A stretch of DNA of 64,000 bases, from the NCBI RefSeq assembly GCF_009914755.1, contig NC_060937.1, one strand, 5' to 3'. Positions 1-12,930 of the stretch are shown here, piece after piece. The notes below the pieces were generated by a model. The model was given only the letters and a program-made list of their open reading frames with translations, was not told the origin of the DNA and did not search any database. The position numbers were made by a program, and so were the translations under genes. Source of the stretch: the human T2T-CHM13v2.0 reference genome, Homo sapiens. Each line of letters opens with the position of its first letter. The first letter of the stretch is position 1.

Positions 1-405
1 ATTATCATGATTATATTCTTATGTTGGTAAATACACATTTGCTCGTTTGTTTTTTCTAATTTTGCATATGGTGTTCATATCTAGAAAGAAATCATTGGAG
101 AATTATCATATTGTAAAAATGTTAGCTACAAAATATATTTATTGCACACATGAATGAGGGAAATATTCCAGAAGTCACTCACAACATGGCAATATTTTTT
201 GCTTTGCAAAATATATTTTTAAATACTTTGGGTAAAGCTGTTATTTTGGGGTTGTGTTAGTTTGCTTGTATCTTAGGCCAAATGGCCAAAGAATAAAAAG
301 AAAAGAAAAGAAAAAAAAAACAGTAAACAAGTGGCAGCACATGTTCATAAAATTTTTAAGTAAATAATGTATGATTTTGTTCATGCTTTAAAAATTCAAA
401 TTTCT

Positions 406-704
406 GGTTGGGTGCAGTGGCTCACACCTGTAATCCCAGCACTTTGGGAGGCCGAAGCAGGTGGATCACCTGAGGTCAGGAGTTCAAGACCAGCCTGGCC
501 AACATGGTGAGACCCTGTCTCTACTAAAAATACAAAAAACACTATCTGGGTTTGGTGGCGTGTGCCTGTAATCTCAGTTACTTGGGAGGCTGAGACAAGA
601 GAATCACTTGAACTTGGGAGGTGGAGGTTGCAGTGAGCTGAGATTGTGCCACTGCACTTCAGCCTGGGCAACAGAGCAAGACTCTGTCTCAAAAAAAAAA
701 AAAA
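406..704 (+). mobile_element. Alu, AluSx/Sz-like, full length
   Basis: Dimeric Alu with GGATCACCTGAGGTCAGG, A-rich linker and poly-A; degenerate TSD aaaaattcaaatttct / aaaaatccagtttct. Confidence 0.95.
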
Positions 705-1726
705 TCCAGTTTCTATGAAGTTGTCTAATAATATCCAATCTCTATATTGTAACACAATAATCTGAGCTCTAAGTAACCGTGAGTAGAATTATTGAATGTT
801 AATTTGAGAGATCATTTAAAAAAATTTTTGGATATCTGTCTAAAAATATGAATTCATACCTCAATAAGAATACATAGCTCAGTATTACTTATCTTACTCT
901 TTTCTAGTGTGTGTCTTCTCATGCCAAGATTGGATAAAGGTAGTATACATAGAGAAAAACAAATCAACAAGTAACAACTTTCCTTTACAATGGTTCACCT
1001 CTACTATATTTTTGTCAAAATTGATATTAATTTTACTTTAATAAAAGAAGCTAAGTATATAGTGTATTTGAATGTATGCATGTTTATGTGTAGTGAGTGC
1101 AGAATAGTGAAGGTGTATGAAATCCCTAGGAAAAGAAGATTAAAAGGCATATTTATACACTATTATACTCTGTACCTTAGAACATGCTTCTTTACTTTTT
1201 GCTTTTTGACCCAAGTAATAATACAAACTATCTATCGTCCAGAACTTTTACAGAAAATTTGCTAGGAAGCCTGAACATCTGAATATATTAATTACAATTA
1301 ATATAGCAGTATTTTATATATTATGTTTTCCACTGTACAGATAAAAGTTTAAGTTTGAAAAATGCTATACAAATTATCAAAGGAGGCAGTGATTATAAGT
1401 GATATAGCAAGGGTTTAAACTTACATCTACAGTATATAATTCTGCAGTGAATTATAATTTTTATTAAAAGGTGCTATTAGAGATTTATTTATAATTTAGT
1501 AAACAAACAACAAATTAATGGGCTCAAAATATATTACATAATCTCTAGTGAGCCATTTTATCAAATGATCTGTTGAAAACTCTTGAAAGCCTCCATATGT
1601 GGAAATAAAGCTGAGTTTATGACAATTAATTTTCAACATATCATTCATTATTGCATATTATTTTTGCCATAAATCTAATTACATATTTTTATTTAACTCT
1701 ACAAGGATGGATGCATATACTAAAAT

Positions 1727-2172
1727 ATGTAGTTTTTGAGAACCGCTCATTTTGGTATATGCATCCTTGTGTAGTGAACTCACATATCAGCTCATCTTGG
1801 TCATGTGATTTGTTTAATCAAGGTGGCATTAGCAAGAATGATACAAACAGAGGCTTTATAACTGCCTGCACATTGTAGTTTGTACTCTGAGTGCTCTTTT
1901 GGATCTCCAAATTACCATGTGTAGATTTCCAACAACCCTGTTGGAGAATCCACATGTAGAAAATAGATCCTCAGTTAGACCCCAAATCTTCCAGCCATCT
2001 CATGTGAGGCTCCAAACATATGAAGGAAAACACCATCTTGAACATTCTGGTACTGTTAGACACTACAGAGAACAGAAGAACATCTATGTATGGCCCCAAT
2101 TAAAGAATCATGTAAGTACAAAAGAAGTCTACGTTTTACAGTGACTTCATGCAGCAATAGACAACTAAGTCA
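1727..2172 (+). mobile_element. Old MaLR LTR (MLT1G/H/J-like), degraded
   Basis: MLT1-like motifs (catccttgtgtagt, gtcatgtgatttgttt) and terminal gcagcaatagacaact. Confidence 0.6.
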
Positions 2173-2199
2173 ATAATATAATTATTGTTTTATAATCAA

Positions 2200-2675
2200 A
2201 TTGTTCCTTATGCTTTTCAACATTTATTTGCTTGCCTCTTAAAAATTATATTATAGTCCTTTCTAATAGAATATTGTTCTTCTTCACTAAATAAATCAGC
2301 TTGAAGATCTTTTAGTTAAGGTCTCAGATTTTGTTCATATAAAACTGTCTTTATTTCCTTCTCTTTTAGGATGATAGCTTATATTGACCATTATTTGCCC
2401 GCAGCTATTTGAAGATTATATTGACTCTTGGTGATTTCATTATTACTATTATCTGCTATTTAAAGTCAAATTGTCATCCTTTGTGGATCATCTTCCCTTT
2501 CTCATTAGTTATTTTTAAGATCTCACTTTTTTATTATTTTTCCTATAGTTTTGCTGCAATGTAACTGGGTATATTTTTGTTTATTTTGGCTTGGTATTTG
2601 TTTTCCTTTCTTTTGAATTTCAGTAATCATGTGATACATCAATTATAGGTAAATTACTGCAATAATATGTTCAAA
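2200..2675 (-). mobile_element. Ancient L1M fragment
   Basis: T-rich sequence resembling antisense old L1 ORF1 region; boundaries vague. Confidence 0.4.
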
Positions 2676-2676
2676 T

Positions 2677-3017
2677 TTTCTCACAGTTCTGGAGCTAATT
2701 TCTAGTAAGGGCTCTCTTCCTGCCCTAGAGATGACGGTTCTCTCAGAGTGTTCTCTTATGGACTTTTCTCAATGTGTACACAAAGAGCAGGTGCACATAC
2801 AGGCGCAAGAGAGAGAAAGAGAGACAGGGAAATTTTCTGGTGTTTTTTTGTAAAAAGGTTATTATCTCTATCATGAGAGCACCTCCCTACTGAAACATTG
2901 AAATCTAATTATCTCCCAAAATCCCCATTTCCAAATACCATCACATTAAGGTTCAGGTCTTTAACATATGAATTTGTGACGTAGGGAGAAGAAATAAACA
3001 CAAAAACATTTCATAGA
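2677..3017 (-). mobile_element. MaLR LTR (MLT1A/MST-like), partial
   Basis: tctcacagttctggag, ctaattatctcccaaa, ccaaataccatcacatt, aacatatgaattt motifs. Confidence 0.8.
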
Positions 3018-3149
3018 TACTATTCTAAAACTAAGACCTCATGGACTATTTCAGGGAACATACTACATGCATGCTAACTATAAGCTTATGGAGTTTTAGA
3101 AAGTTACATAAATTTAAATAAATCTAAAAGAAAAGTATGAAACATCAAC

Positions 3150-3410
3150 ATAAGTAGGTTAAAGTGATCAAAGGGACAAAATAAGGAAAGAAAGCCAATA
3201 AGGAATAAAATAAAATAACTATTAAATACCAAGACACAGTTGTGAGAAAAAAAAATCTTATAAATTTGAAAATACAGTTTTCAAAATTATTGTCCCTTGA
3301 AGCCTCAAACATCAGATTTCACGTAGCTGGAGAGAAAATTAATGAACTTGAATATAGGCATGATAAAAGTACCAAAAACACAGCAAAGAGATAACAGGAG
3401 ATTGTGATTA
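3150..3410 (+). mobile_element. Ancient L1M ORF1 fragment
   Basis: ctcaaacatcagatttcacgtagctggagagaaaattaatgaacttgaa reads roughly NIRFHVAGEKINELE, like L1 ORF1 NSRLDTAEERISELE. Confidence 0.45.
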
Positions 3411-3714
3411 TGATTCAAACCATTAAATCTTATTCAAACGTATGGTATCTTACGCAAAATATTTCCTGTGAGTAGACTGACAGTGTTGGTGGTTAGGAAA
3501 TGTTTATCTGTTCCACATTTATCCAGTGAATATTTAATTAATACTTTTAATATTCTGGCTCTATAAGGACTATTTTGGTTTGCGGGCATGATGTCATTAT
3601 ATCAGGATATGAAAACAGAAATTGTACTTTTAGTTACAAATGCTTACTCTTTGTTTAAATAGCAAACAAATATAAATTACTTAGGTGTAATTTTTAATAC
3701 AGAAAGTTTTATTA

Positions 3715-4007
3715 GGCCAGGCGCGGTGGCTGATGCCTGTAATCCCAGCACTTTGGGAGGCTGAGGCAGGAGGATCACGAGGTCAGGAGATAGAGACCAT
3801 CTTGGCTAACACGGTGAGTCCCTGTCTCTGTTAAAAATACAAAATTAACCGGGCGTGGCAGCTGGCACCTGTAGTCCTAGCTACTGGGGAGGCTGAGGCT
3901 GAAGAATGGTGTCAACCTGGGAGGCGGAGCTTGCAGTGAGCCAAGACCGTGCTATTGCACTCCAGCCTAGGCGACATAGCGAGACTCTGTCTCAAAAAAG
4001 AAAAAAA
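3715..4007 (+). mobile_element. AluY-like
   Basis: AluY diagnostics GGCTAACACGG, GAATGG, GGCGGAGCTTGCAGTGAG. Confidence 0.95.
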
Positions 4008-4008
4008 T

Positions 4009-4011
<3 letters not shown>

Positions 4012-4049
<38 letters not shown>
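4012..4049. repeat. (TA)n microsatellite at Alu tail
   Basis: Pure AT dinucleotide run. Confidence 0.95.
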
Positions 4050-4053
<4 letters not shown>

Positions 4054-5600
4054 GGCTAGGATGAATTCCATGGTACTGGCTTGTAATTGGAAATGCCAGT
4101 ATAAAATCATGGCTTTTCATATCTATAGTTACAGAGTTAGATCTAAATCCAGATACATAAAACAGAGGTATTGAAATAGATTATACATAATTATGCACAG
4201 ACACAAACACATGTGTGTGCACACTCATACACACACACATCTGATAATGTGGACCACCGAGAGTTCCTAGAAGCAATAAAACCCCAGTTGCATTGAGCAC
4301 AACGAGGAAGCAAATAATTACTTTAATACACCAATCCGTATTCACAGGAACCCATGTTCCTTGGAGAAATAGTTTATCCCAGGCCTGAGGGAGGAAAATG
4401 AAAGATTATTGTGTAGCATCTTACTGAGCCAGAAAGTAAGATAGTGGTCAAAAATGAGGAGAAAATTTCAAAGAGACACAAAAGTCAACATGATGAGGTT
4501 TCTGCTGACCAAATTTGGAACAATTTGAACATGGAATAAATAATGATACTATGACCCACTGAAATAAATAAGAGTAGATGAATACGTATTTCATATAAAT
4601 AAGTAAAAGAGAAGGACATGTCCTTCATTGCATTATCAAACCACCATATAAATTTAGAATGTGTGGTGAGTTATAAAATGACTAGTGGTAACAATCATGA
4701 TAATTGATTCAACCAAGAACCCAGATGGATGATAAAACAGGTGGGTAATAATTTGATGAGTAATATATAGATGACTTCAATGAACCTACCTACATATATT
4801 ACAATAGAAAGACATTAATATAATATGCCTGCTGATAGAATTCACTGACAACATAACATTGCTGCTGTGATAGTCCTGTTACAAATGCATAATGTAAATC
4901 TAATCATGAGGGAACATCAGACCAACATACACTGAGAAACAAACAAAACAACGGGTGTGCTTTCTTCAAAAATATTAAAGCCACAAAAGCAAAGATAGAC
5001 TGACAAATTATTTCATTAAAGGAGACTGAAGAAGTGCAGCGTGATCCAGGGTTTTCTTTTACTGTAGCATTGCTGAGAAAATGGAAACCTGAATAAGGAC
5101 TATAGATTATGTAATAGGATTTTGATAATTATTCTATGGCTATACAAGAAAATATTTGTGTTTTAGGAAACATACAGTGAAGTATTTAAGAGTAAAGTGA
5201 GGTGATGCTTTCAAATTACTCTGTGTTAATTAATTTAATCATACCACATTGTGTGTATGTGTGTATATCTATACATCACATTGTACCCCATATACAACCA
5301 TCATTTGTCAATTAAAAATGTAATTAGTTTGCAAGTCTTTTTATTTCTTTTCCTTGAAATGCCTTTTGTTTTATATATATTCTTGACTGCATAACTTGCT
5401 CCTTAAGAAAACTGTAGTCTTTCCCTTTCACTTTTTGCTTTTTTAAACAACTTAAAAAATATATAGAATGAGAGAATGATAAGCAGGCCTGGTAAAAGTT
5501 TGACATTTGGGGGAGCTGAGTGAAGTTGAGGTCAAAATTCCTTCTACTATTTTTTCTACCTTTCTGTGCCTAGTATTATGTCAAAATAAAAATTGTAAAG
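4050..5600 (+). mobile_element. L1MC (L1MC4-like) 3' end, interrupted at 5223-5440
   Basis: gagccagaaagtaag, gaccaaatttggaacaatttgaac, tgaagtattta, gagagaatgataag and terminal tcaaaataaaaa match L1MC 3' UTR. Confidence 0.7.
5223..5440 (+). repeat. ~215 bp direct duplication of 6299-6513
   Basis: 5328-5405 is identical to 6401-6478 (78 bp); flanks align with a few substitutions and indels. Confidence 0.95.
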
Positions 5601-6098
5601 ACAAATAAGGAAGTTGTTTTTATATACTTTAAAATAATCTTTCTCTTACTTTAAATTTCACCTCTACACAGGGCAAGCATCATTTACAAAAGTTTTAAAA
5701 CCTGTCTATAAAACTTCTGTATTTAGACAATGAAAAGTACTGTGCGGTAACCGGCCTCGTAGGCTACCGAACTACGAGAAAATGTCTGGCTAGTGAGAAG
5801 AAAATGTGGATTACATGCCTATCCCTACAACATATCTTTTATGATCTGATTGTTATCATTTTAGAAACACTTGGTAAGGGGGAAGTTACAGGAAACAAAT
5901 CTCTTCAGTGGTTATACTTTCAGAAGCTTGGTAAGAGAGTTAGTTGACACCATATGCTAAAATTGAGTTTAGGGATTGTCCATGGATAATCTCTTCTCAA
6001 TTTTTTCTGTTGCTATCTATGAAACCACTGTTTATCTGTCATCCAAGATGAGGTTATTTTTCTCTCAGCCTTCTCCTCTATCAAATATATTTAATTAA

Positions 6099-6395
6099 AT
6101 CTCAAAAATCAATTCCTCCTGTCTATCTCAAACTTTGTACCTTTTGATTAGCAACTCCTCATTATCTCACTCCCCACCCCAAATCCCAGCCTCTGGTAGT
6201 CATCATTCTACTCTCTACTTCTATGAGTTCAACTCTATTTCTCAATTATGTGTGAAATCATGTGGTATTTTTCTTCTTGTGCAAACAAGGTGATGGATGT
6301 GTTAATTAGGTTAATTTAATCATACCATATTGCGTGCATGTGTGTATATCACATTGTACCCCACATACAACCACTATTTGTCAATTAAAAATGTA
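6099..6395. mobile_element. Short L1MA 3' end with 5' inversion (6099-6282 minus, ~6288-6395 plus)
   Basis: Antisense ccagcctctggt...ctactctctacttctatgag, then sense ggtgatggatgtgttaattag...tttgtcaattaaaaat. Confidence 0.75.
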
Positions 6396-6727
6396 ATTAC
6401 TTTGCAAGTCTTTTTATTTCTTTTCCTTGAAATGCCTTTTGTTTTATATATATTCTTGACTGCATAACTTGCTCCTTATGGAAACTACAATCTTTCCCCT
6501 TTGCTTTTTGCTTAAATCCAATTTCAAACCCTTCTGTTCATGTAATCACACCAAGACTGAATTGATACATTATTTACACTCTATATTTTGCCTTTTTAAT
6601 AATAATTATTGTTTTCTTTTTCTTTTTGTAAAAATTAAATATGGAAAGCACATGACTCCATAACAGTTAAAGCACATTCATGTGTTATTTTTAAAGGCTT
6701 TGATTTCCATTATTAGTAATACTACAG

Positions 6728-7580
<853 letters not shown>

Positions 7581-7735
7581 CTATATTATATAATGGCTTC
7601 CATTTTTTCCTTCGCCTTAGTGTTATTTCATCAAGTTAATTTTAATAACATTTTTAATAAGGCCCAAGTCTTTTATCTCTATAGCTTCTTATACTCAACA
7701 TTATATAAATATATAGTAAGTACTCACTAAATATC

Positions 7736-8700
7736 AATTCATTAAAAAAATATTGAGTCTCTTTTGCATACCAGCCAATGTTTCTTTATTTGGAATATGT
7801 GACACTGATCTTTTGAGCCTGGTTTTGCAGAAGAAATAGATGGATACTAATCAATTAAATAGATACACAAACAAGACAATTTCAAACTGTGAAACATGAT
7901 ATGAAGGAAATTAAGCAGTGTGATTAATTAAATTGTTTGATTGATGTATGTGACAAGTCCGGGAAGATTGACTTAGATTGGCTGGTCTTAAAAGGCTTCA
8001 AACTGAGAAAATAACATTTGAACTGAGGCAGTCGTGGCTAAAAGCAGTCAGCTGTGAAAATATCTAGTCACCTAGGTTTAGGCATAGTCAAGAACATGCG
8101 CACCTGGGCAAAGTGAGAGCAATTTTTGTGTACTAAAGAAAGAAAGGAAGGAAATGTGTCTACAACTTAGTGAATGAGTGATAGAGATAAGTTGAGAGAC
8201 ACAGGGAATAAAGTATTCTGAAAGCAATGGGAAGACAATGGATGTTTTAATGTTGAAAACATCATAGACTAATTTTTTTTAACCACTCCAATTCGTGGAT
8301 GAAAATAATATCGGGAAAAATTTGTATGAGGAAAATATGTAGGCAATTACAATGATTCTGAGAATGATAGTGGCTTGGTTTAGGCTGATAGTAGTGGAGA
8401 CTCAGAGAGGTTAATAACTTTGGAATATTAAGAAGACTAATGGCTTTGATTTGGACACTGTAGAAAAGGACCATCAATGGCTCCTGTTTTCAACTTAGGC
8501 AAGAAGGAAAGACAAGATGGAGGGAGCTACACTAGATATATGAATGTGAGTATATTTGGAAGGTCAAGGCTACTGCCAAGGTCATGTTAAATTTGAACTA
8601 TCTGTGGGTATTCCACATTGTGACACTAAATAGGCAGTTTGATATGTGGTTTGATGCACAATAAACCACATAAATTCAGGAGTCACAGATAAATAAATGT
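7736..8700 (-). mobile_element. L2 3' region, degraded
   Basis: acatttgaactgag, gcaatgggaagacaatggatgtttt, gatagtggcttgg, taggcagtttgatat motifs. Confidence 0.65.
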
Positions 8701-8784
8701 TATTTTTAATAATCTTTCCTCAGCACAAAAAAGTGGACATCAAAACTACATTATTAATTCATTGTAAACATAGTATGATTCTAA

Positions 8785-9129
<345 letters not shown>

Positions 9130-11321
9130 GAAAGCTTTTATCTCAAAATTAAACTACTTTTACTTCTAAGAGCAATAATTATTCTTTTCAAACTATTGTT
9201 TTTATTTTGGAAGTTAATTTCTTAATCATGTTCACAAAAACTTCTATTTTAAGTTTATTTTAATGAAGAAAATGTAGTCCTTCTTCATTTCTTTAAAAAT
9301 GAATTTTTTTTTCCAAAGTAATGGTTTTACTTATTTGGAATTTTTTTTTAAAATTAAAAATCCATTATAAAGAAGGATGAATCACATATAAGGAAGTAAT
9401 ATTTATCTGGTAACTTTTTGTTCAGATCTTTTACAATGTTGACACAAATCAAAGCTAGAATTCAGAGACTGTTCTATAAGTATTTTATCTTAAGTCCCAT
9501 TGGCTGAATGTGGCTGGTAATGGTCTGTAAAAGAAAAGCCAATTTGCCTCTTGATGGAGATTACTGTACCAAATGTAGCAAAGAGTTTCAGAAAATGTGA
9601 CACGCTTTCTGTTCAACAGTGGAAGAGACAATTAGTTTCCTAGTTTTTCTTCTTGTGCAATGGAAATAGGTATTGCTTGTTAATTCTCTTTAATCTCTTA
9701 CATCAGTTTCTTGGTAATGTTGCTTATTCTAAATCTACAGAGTTGCATTTAAGGCAAAGTATATAGTTTCCCATGTTTTAAAATTCTAATTCAGTGGTAA
9801 ACAATTATTATTATTTTAAAACTTGATTTCGTGAGGTCAAAATACTTTGACACTAAACTGATTATAATTATAAACGAATGTTTTTGAGAGGAGAATGCAT
9901 TATTTCTTCAGCATTTCTAAACTTCTCAGTATTAACAAACAGGACCTTATTCCTTAGACTGACATTTCTTAAAACTTAGCTGGTCATGTTATAGCCATCC
10001 ATTTAGTTAATATCTATGGAAATCCATCCTTTATTTTTAACGTACTATGCGATAGAAAAATATAAAATACGTTGATATATATTATCATCATGTATATTTA
10101 TAAACCCAAATCAATAGATAAATTTTCTTATTAAACTTGTCCTTTCCATCTTTCTGCATATCTTAGTACATCCATTTCATAGCTATATCTGAAACAGTTT
10201 TCTAGTTATGAGTAAACAAAAGAATTATCATGTTAGTGATGTCATGTAATCAAATAAACAATTCATCTAATTAAAATAAATATATGGAAATTATAATACA
10301 AAATGTGTCTTACATTTTCACATTGGGAAAAATTAATTTGATAAATATCAACTTACAATATCTGTAAAAATGTCAGTGTAAAAATGTATTTAAACAAATG
10401 GCACCTTGTGAGGTGTCATATTGTGTTTGCTTAAGATAGTTTCAATTGCAATAAAATATTTAAATCAGTAATGTGTAAAATATTTGTATTAATTAATATG
10501 AATAGCTTACATGTAGAAAATTTAATATAGGAGAAAGCAAAATAGTGTTATTTAATTATATTGAAATATATATATATAAAACATTATTATTACATTTTAG
10601 TATAATCTGGAATGCATAGAGTTCTTAAGTTCGGAATAGACTTAAAAACATATTAAGTTCAAACTACCTATTATTTCAGGACTCCCGACTCAGAAGATAG
10701 ACATTAATGCTCCTTGAACATTTGCAAATCCACAAAATGTATTATTTCACAGAGCATTTATTTTATTATTTCACCAGATACCTGCTGAGTTTCTCCTTCA
10801 GGTAGATACTAATCTACCCACTGGGGAAATAAGAACTAATCTTGTATAATTCCTGTGCAAAAGACTGACCCATGTGAATAAATACTATACTTTATAGCAA
10901 ACTGTGCATGAGGGGGTTGGGGCATGAAATACAAGTGGAAATATCACTCACAGAGAGAGAAAATGATTCGGTGGTAATACGTGAGCCACTAATGAAGAGA
11001 AGTATTTGCTAGTCCAAGAGTGGCAGGAAAGAAACAGCAAGAGCAAATACATAGGGATATGTAAAGGTCTACCCTTCTAAGAAAATGCAAACATTTGCCA
11101 TGCTGGCATATAGAATATCAGGTACAGTGGTATACAATGATACTGAAAATGTAGTCAAAGATAAAGTCTTCAAGACCTTATGCTTTTGTTCTCAGTTTCT
11201 ACCTGTGAGACCATTTTTTAAAATTACTCCTTATTTCTTTCATTGTTATATTATTCTTATGTATCTATCAAGATACCATTATGCCTAGAGTAGTATATTC
11301 CCTTCTATGTGTTAAAATTTT

Positions 11322-11503
11322 AGCCTGGGCAACATAGCAAGACCCCATCTCTACAAAAAATTTAAAAATGTATTAACCAGGTGTGGTAGTGTGCATTTGT
11401 AATCTCAGCTTCTAGGAGGGCTGAGATGGGAAGATCCTTGAGCCCAGAAGTTTGAGGTTGTAGTGAGCTATGATAATACCACTGCCTCCAGGCTAGGTGA
11501 CAG
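11322..11503 (+). mobile_element. AluJ fragment (5'-truncated, no tail)
   Basis: agcctgggcaacatagcaagacccc, gagcccagaagtttgagg, gtgagctatgat. Confidence 0.88.
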
Positions 11504-12021
11504 ATATCCATATTCTGATAATTAATACATAACAATCACAGAAAATCAAAATATTTTCAACCTTTTGATTCTAGTTTTCTTTGAAAATTAATGGATTTAG
11601 TCTTCTCTAGTAGAATTTTTTTTCATGAAAATGTGCTGTCACTGAATGCAAATACATATTTTAATCAGAGTCCTATTTTTCCATCACTTTTTCAAATTTA
11701 GGTAAAATCTCTGCAAGTCAAATTGGTAAGCCTTGTGATGTATACATTTATCCTAGTTCTTATAAGGTACCTCTCTTCCTCACTCCTTCCTTTCATGGGA
11801 ACATCATTCTGATAGCATGTGCTGTGATCTAGGAAAATGAGGCCTTCCAATTTGATTTTACCTACATAATCTACACTTCTCTTTTCAAGTCCATATATTT
11901 CTTATATTGAGACACTTCAAAAATGAGAAAAACTACAGATGTTACTTTCTTAGATTTTCAGTTTGTATAAATATAATCTAGCAAAATTTTTTAGGTTTTA
12001 TGTCTTATCAAAACTAACTCA

Positions 12022-12336
<315 letters not shown>

Positions 12337-12428
12337 TTATTGGCAAACTTGTGGGGAAGCATAAGAGATATCAAAGGAGAACACCCATTATTATAAAATG
12401 CCTATATTACAAACAAAAAATTAATCTC

Positions 12429-12484
12429 TGTTACTTACTGCATTCTGTATTCTCACAAATTCATATGTTGAAGTCTTAACCCCT
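12429..12484 (+). mobile_element. 5' stub of MLT1A/B LTR
   Basis: caaattcatatgttgaagtcttaacccc matches the MLT1A/B LTR start; ends abruptly. Confidence 0.7.
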
Positions 12485-12485
12485 A

Positions 12486-12930
12486 GAGCCCTCGGCGGTG
12501 GGGAGGCTCGGGCATGGTGGGCTGCACGTCCGGAGCCCTGCCCACGGGGAGGCAGCTGAGGCCCAGCGAGAATTCGAGCGCAGTGCCGACACTGCTGGGG
12601 AAGCTGGCGCACCCTCCACAGCTGCTGGCCCGGGTGCTAAGCCCCTCACTGCCTGGGGCCGGCGGCGCCAGCTGGCCGCTCTGAGTGAGGGGCCGCGGAG
12701 CCCACGCCCACCCGGAACTCCGCTGCGCGCAGCCCCGGTTCCCGCCCGCGCCTCTGCCTCCACACCTTCCCGCAAGCAGAGGGAGCTGGCTCCGGCCTCG
12801 GCCAGCCCGGGGAGGCGCCCCCATAGTGCAGTGGCGGGCTGAAGGGCTCCTCAAGCATGGCCAGAGCGGGCGCCAACGCTGAGGAGGCTCAGAGAGCGAG
12901 CGAGGGCTGCCAGAACGGTGTCACCTCTCA
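12486..12930 (-). mobile_element. LTR12 family (ERV9; LTR12C/E-like), 5' ~445 bp only
   Basis: Minus strand starts TGAGAGGTGACA..CTGGCAGCCCTCGCTCGCTCTC and contains TTGAGGAGCCCTTCAGCCCGCCACTGCAC and GGGCTTAGCACCCGGGCCAGC; about 40 CpG by hand count. Confidence 0.92.

Noticed and set aside
396-755. 119 aa ORF and similar ORFs (12019, 15539, 17094, 27244, 37681)
   Set aside because: Standard Alu-derived translations such as [21 protein letters not shown].
5223-5440. L1 3' transduction as the origin of the duplication
   Set aside because: No poly-A tail or TSD, and the donor L1MA is a 300 bp dead fragment.
12421-12882. Cluster of overlapping 63-123 aa GC-rich ORFs resembling a first coding exon
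   Set aside because: All lie in LTR12; GC-rich DNA lacks stop codons in every frame, and there is no splice or protein-family evidence.
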